NCBI GenBank assembly: GCA_002049885.1
Contig: MVCS01000001.1
Coordinates: 1 to 27,830 of the forward strand
From: Planctomycetales bacterium 4484_123
GTDB taxonomy: Bacteria > Planctomycetota > Phycisphaerae > SM23-33
Direction: 5' to 3'
Length of the DNA stretch: 27,830 nt
Shown: positions 26,714 through 27,830 of the stretch, piece by piece
Layout of the letters: each line of letters begins with the position of its first letter
How positions within the stretch are numbered: position 1 is the first letter of the stretch
The notes under the pieces: model-generated
What the model was told of the DNA's origin: nothing
Seen by the model: only the letters and a program-made list of their open reading frames with translations
Databases searched by the model: none
Position numbers and translations under genes: made by a program

Positions 26714-27049
26714 ATGGAAGAACGGTCATCGGCAGACCGGAGACTGCACGTCCGTTATCCCATGGCGACGACCGTGGAGTTCTACCACGGTCCTTCGCGG
26801 CGGAGCTTCCGCGCCCGGACCGTGGACATCTCCGCCGGTGGGATGCTGATGTACGTTCCCACCTCGGCCCCGGTTGCACCGGGCCATCCCATCCGGCTGA
26901 CCATTGGCAGCCGCAATCGGCCTGAACTGGCCGGGCTGAGCAGCCGACCCCTCGACGCCACCATCGTCCGCGTGGATCGGCAAAAGATGCTCAGCCGGGG
27001 CATGTTGCCCGTGGGTGTCAGGTTCGCCCAGCCCCAGGCGGAGACCTGA
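26714..27049 (+). CDS. Stand-alone PilZ domain protein
   Basis: RxxxR (RRLHVR) and DxSxxG (DISAGG) c-di-GMP-binding motifs; ends in GVRF. Read inside track ORF 25283..27049 from the ATG at 26714. Confidence 0.88.
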   Translation: MEERSSADRRLHVRYPMATTVEFYHGPSRRSFRARTVDISAGGMLMYVPTSAPVAPGHPIRLTIGSRNRPELAGLSSRPLDATIVRVDRQKMLSRGMLPVGVRFAQPQAET

Positions 27050-27133
27050 AACAGGCGGCGTGTGGCTCAATGGATGGAACCATCTAAGGGGTGGGTCCCT
27101 CTCATCGTCTGGCGGCGGGTCCACCTGGCGGTC

Positions 27134-27830
27134 TCAGCGGCCCTCGCGGCTGAGCCCTGGCGGGTAGGCCACGTGCATGAGGCACAGCCCGCTTGCCGGG
27201 GCCGTGGGGCCGGCGTGGCGACGGTCGCCGCTGGAGAAGATCAGGTCGATGCGGTCGGCGTCCCACCTGCCCCGGCCAATCTCCACCAACACGCCCACGA
27301 TGTTCCGGACCATCTTGTACAGGAAGCCGTCGCCGGAAATGGTCACGTGCAGCTCGTCCTCGCAGTTGGTCACCTCGCAACGCGTGATGGTGCGGACGGT
27401 GTTCTGGCGGGTCTCCGCCGACGAGGCGAACCCGCGAAAGTCGTGCCTGCCCAGCAGCCTGCGGGCGGCGAAGGCCATGGGCTCAGCCTCCAGCGGGCAG
27501 CGGCAGTGATACACCTGTTCAGCCCGGGCCACCGGCTTGGCCGCGCCGATGTAGATGCGGTAGCGGTAGGTCTTGCCCACCGCGCTGCGGGAGGCGTGGA
27601 AGTCGGGGCCGACCTCCTCGGCCGAGAGGACGCCGATGTCGGGAGGGCACCTGCTGTCTGCTGCCCGGCGCAGGTTCGCCAGCGGTATGGCCAGGTTGGA
27701 GGTGAAGAAATTGGCCACCTGCCCCCGGGCGTGGACGCCGGCGTCGGTGCGGCCAGCCCCGTTGACGGTCACGGGGTGGCCCACCACTCGCTGTAGCGCC
27801 CCTTCCAGGGCGGCCTGGACCGTGGGCAGG
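27134..27830 (-). CDS. truA: tRNA pseudouridine(38-40) synthase; 5' end lies outside the window
   Basis: TVQAALE, GAGRTDAGVHARGQ, FHASRSA..KTYRY, HDFRGF, GDGFLYKMVRNIVG, AGPTAPASGL. Confidence 0.96.
   Translation of the reverse strand, partial: LPTVQAALEGALQRVVGHPVTVNGAGRTDAGVHARGQVANFFTSNLAIPLANLRRAADSRCPPDIGVLSAEEVGPDFHASRSAVGKTYRYRIYIGAAKPVARAEQVYHCRCPLEAEPMAFAARRLLGRHDFRGFASSAETRQNTVRTITRCEVTNCEDELHVTISGDGFLYKMVRNIVGVLVEIGRGRWDADRIDLIFSSGDRRHAGPTAPASGLCLMHVAYPPGLSREGR

Noticed and set aside
1-27830. Many long antisense or alternate-frame ORFs (e.g. 509..2050 +, 8322..9554 +, 11527..13542 +, 19798..21639 -, 21516..22928 -)
   Set aside because: They are shadows of real genes in GC-rich DNA, with R/G/A/P-rich or reverse-codon composition, no motifs and no SD.
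1-27830. CRISPR arrays, IS elements, phage or defence genes
   Set aside because: No regularly spaced direct repeats and no transposase, cas, nuclease or structural phage motifs were recognised.

Overview
A high-GC bacterial chromosomal segment whose gene set and order point to Planctomycetota, probably Phycisphaerae (inference from the PEP-CTERM protein and the groEL-groES-groEL-dnaJ-grpE-FmdB cluster). Genes that read as intact: B12-radical SAM, holA, ArsR-type regulator, tRNA(CAT), a Spy/CpxP-like repeat protein, the chaperone cluster, a GAF-PP2C phosphatase, a plant/PANK4-type DUF89 phosphatase, a PEP-CTERM protein, nagA, miaA, an MBL-fold protein, two CNNM/CBS proteins, dacB, pfkA, a PilZ protein and truA (partial). 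The most striking feature is a set of about six lesions confined to accessory genes. A GT4 glycosyltransferase has a frameshifting internal deletion. An RND permease lacks its N-half and TM8-10, and its promoter and palindromic operator now abut mid-gene sequence. A GH20 hexosaminidase lacks its 5' end, is frameshifted and is fused to the tail of a UroD-family gene. This reflects either ongoing genome decay or assembly artefact. Other leads are an unannotated 40-aa membrane protein with a near-consensus promoter, a sigma54-type promoter for the chaperone cluster, and an ECF-type promoter for the Spy-like protein. No CRISPR array, transposase, integrase or phage gene was recognised. All family assignments come from motif recognition, not database searches.
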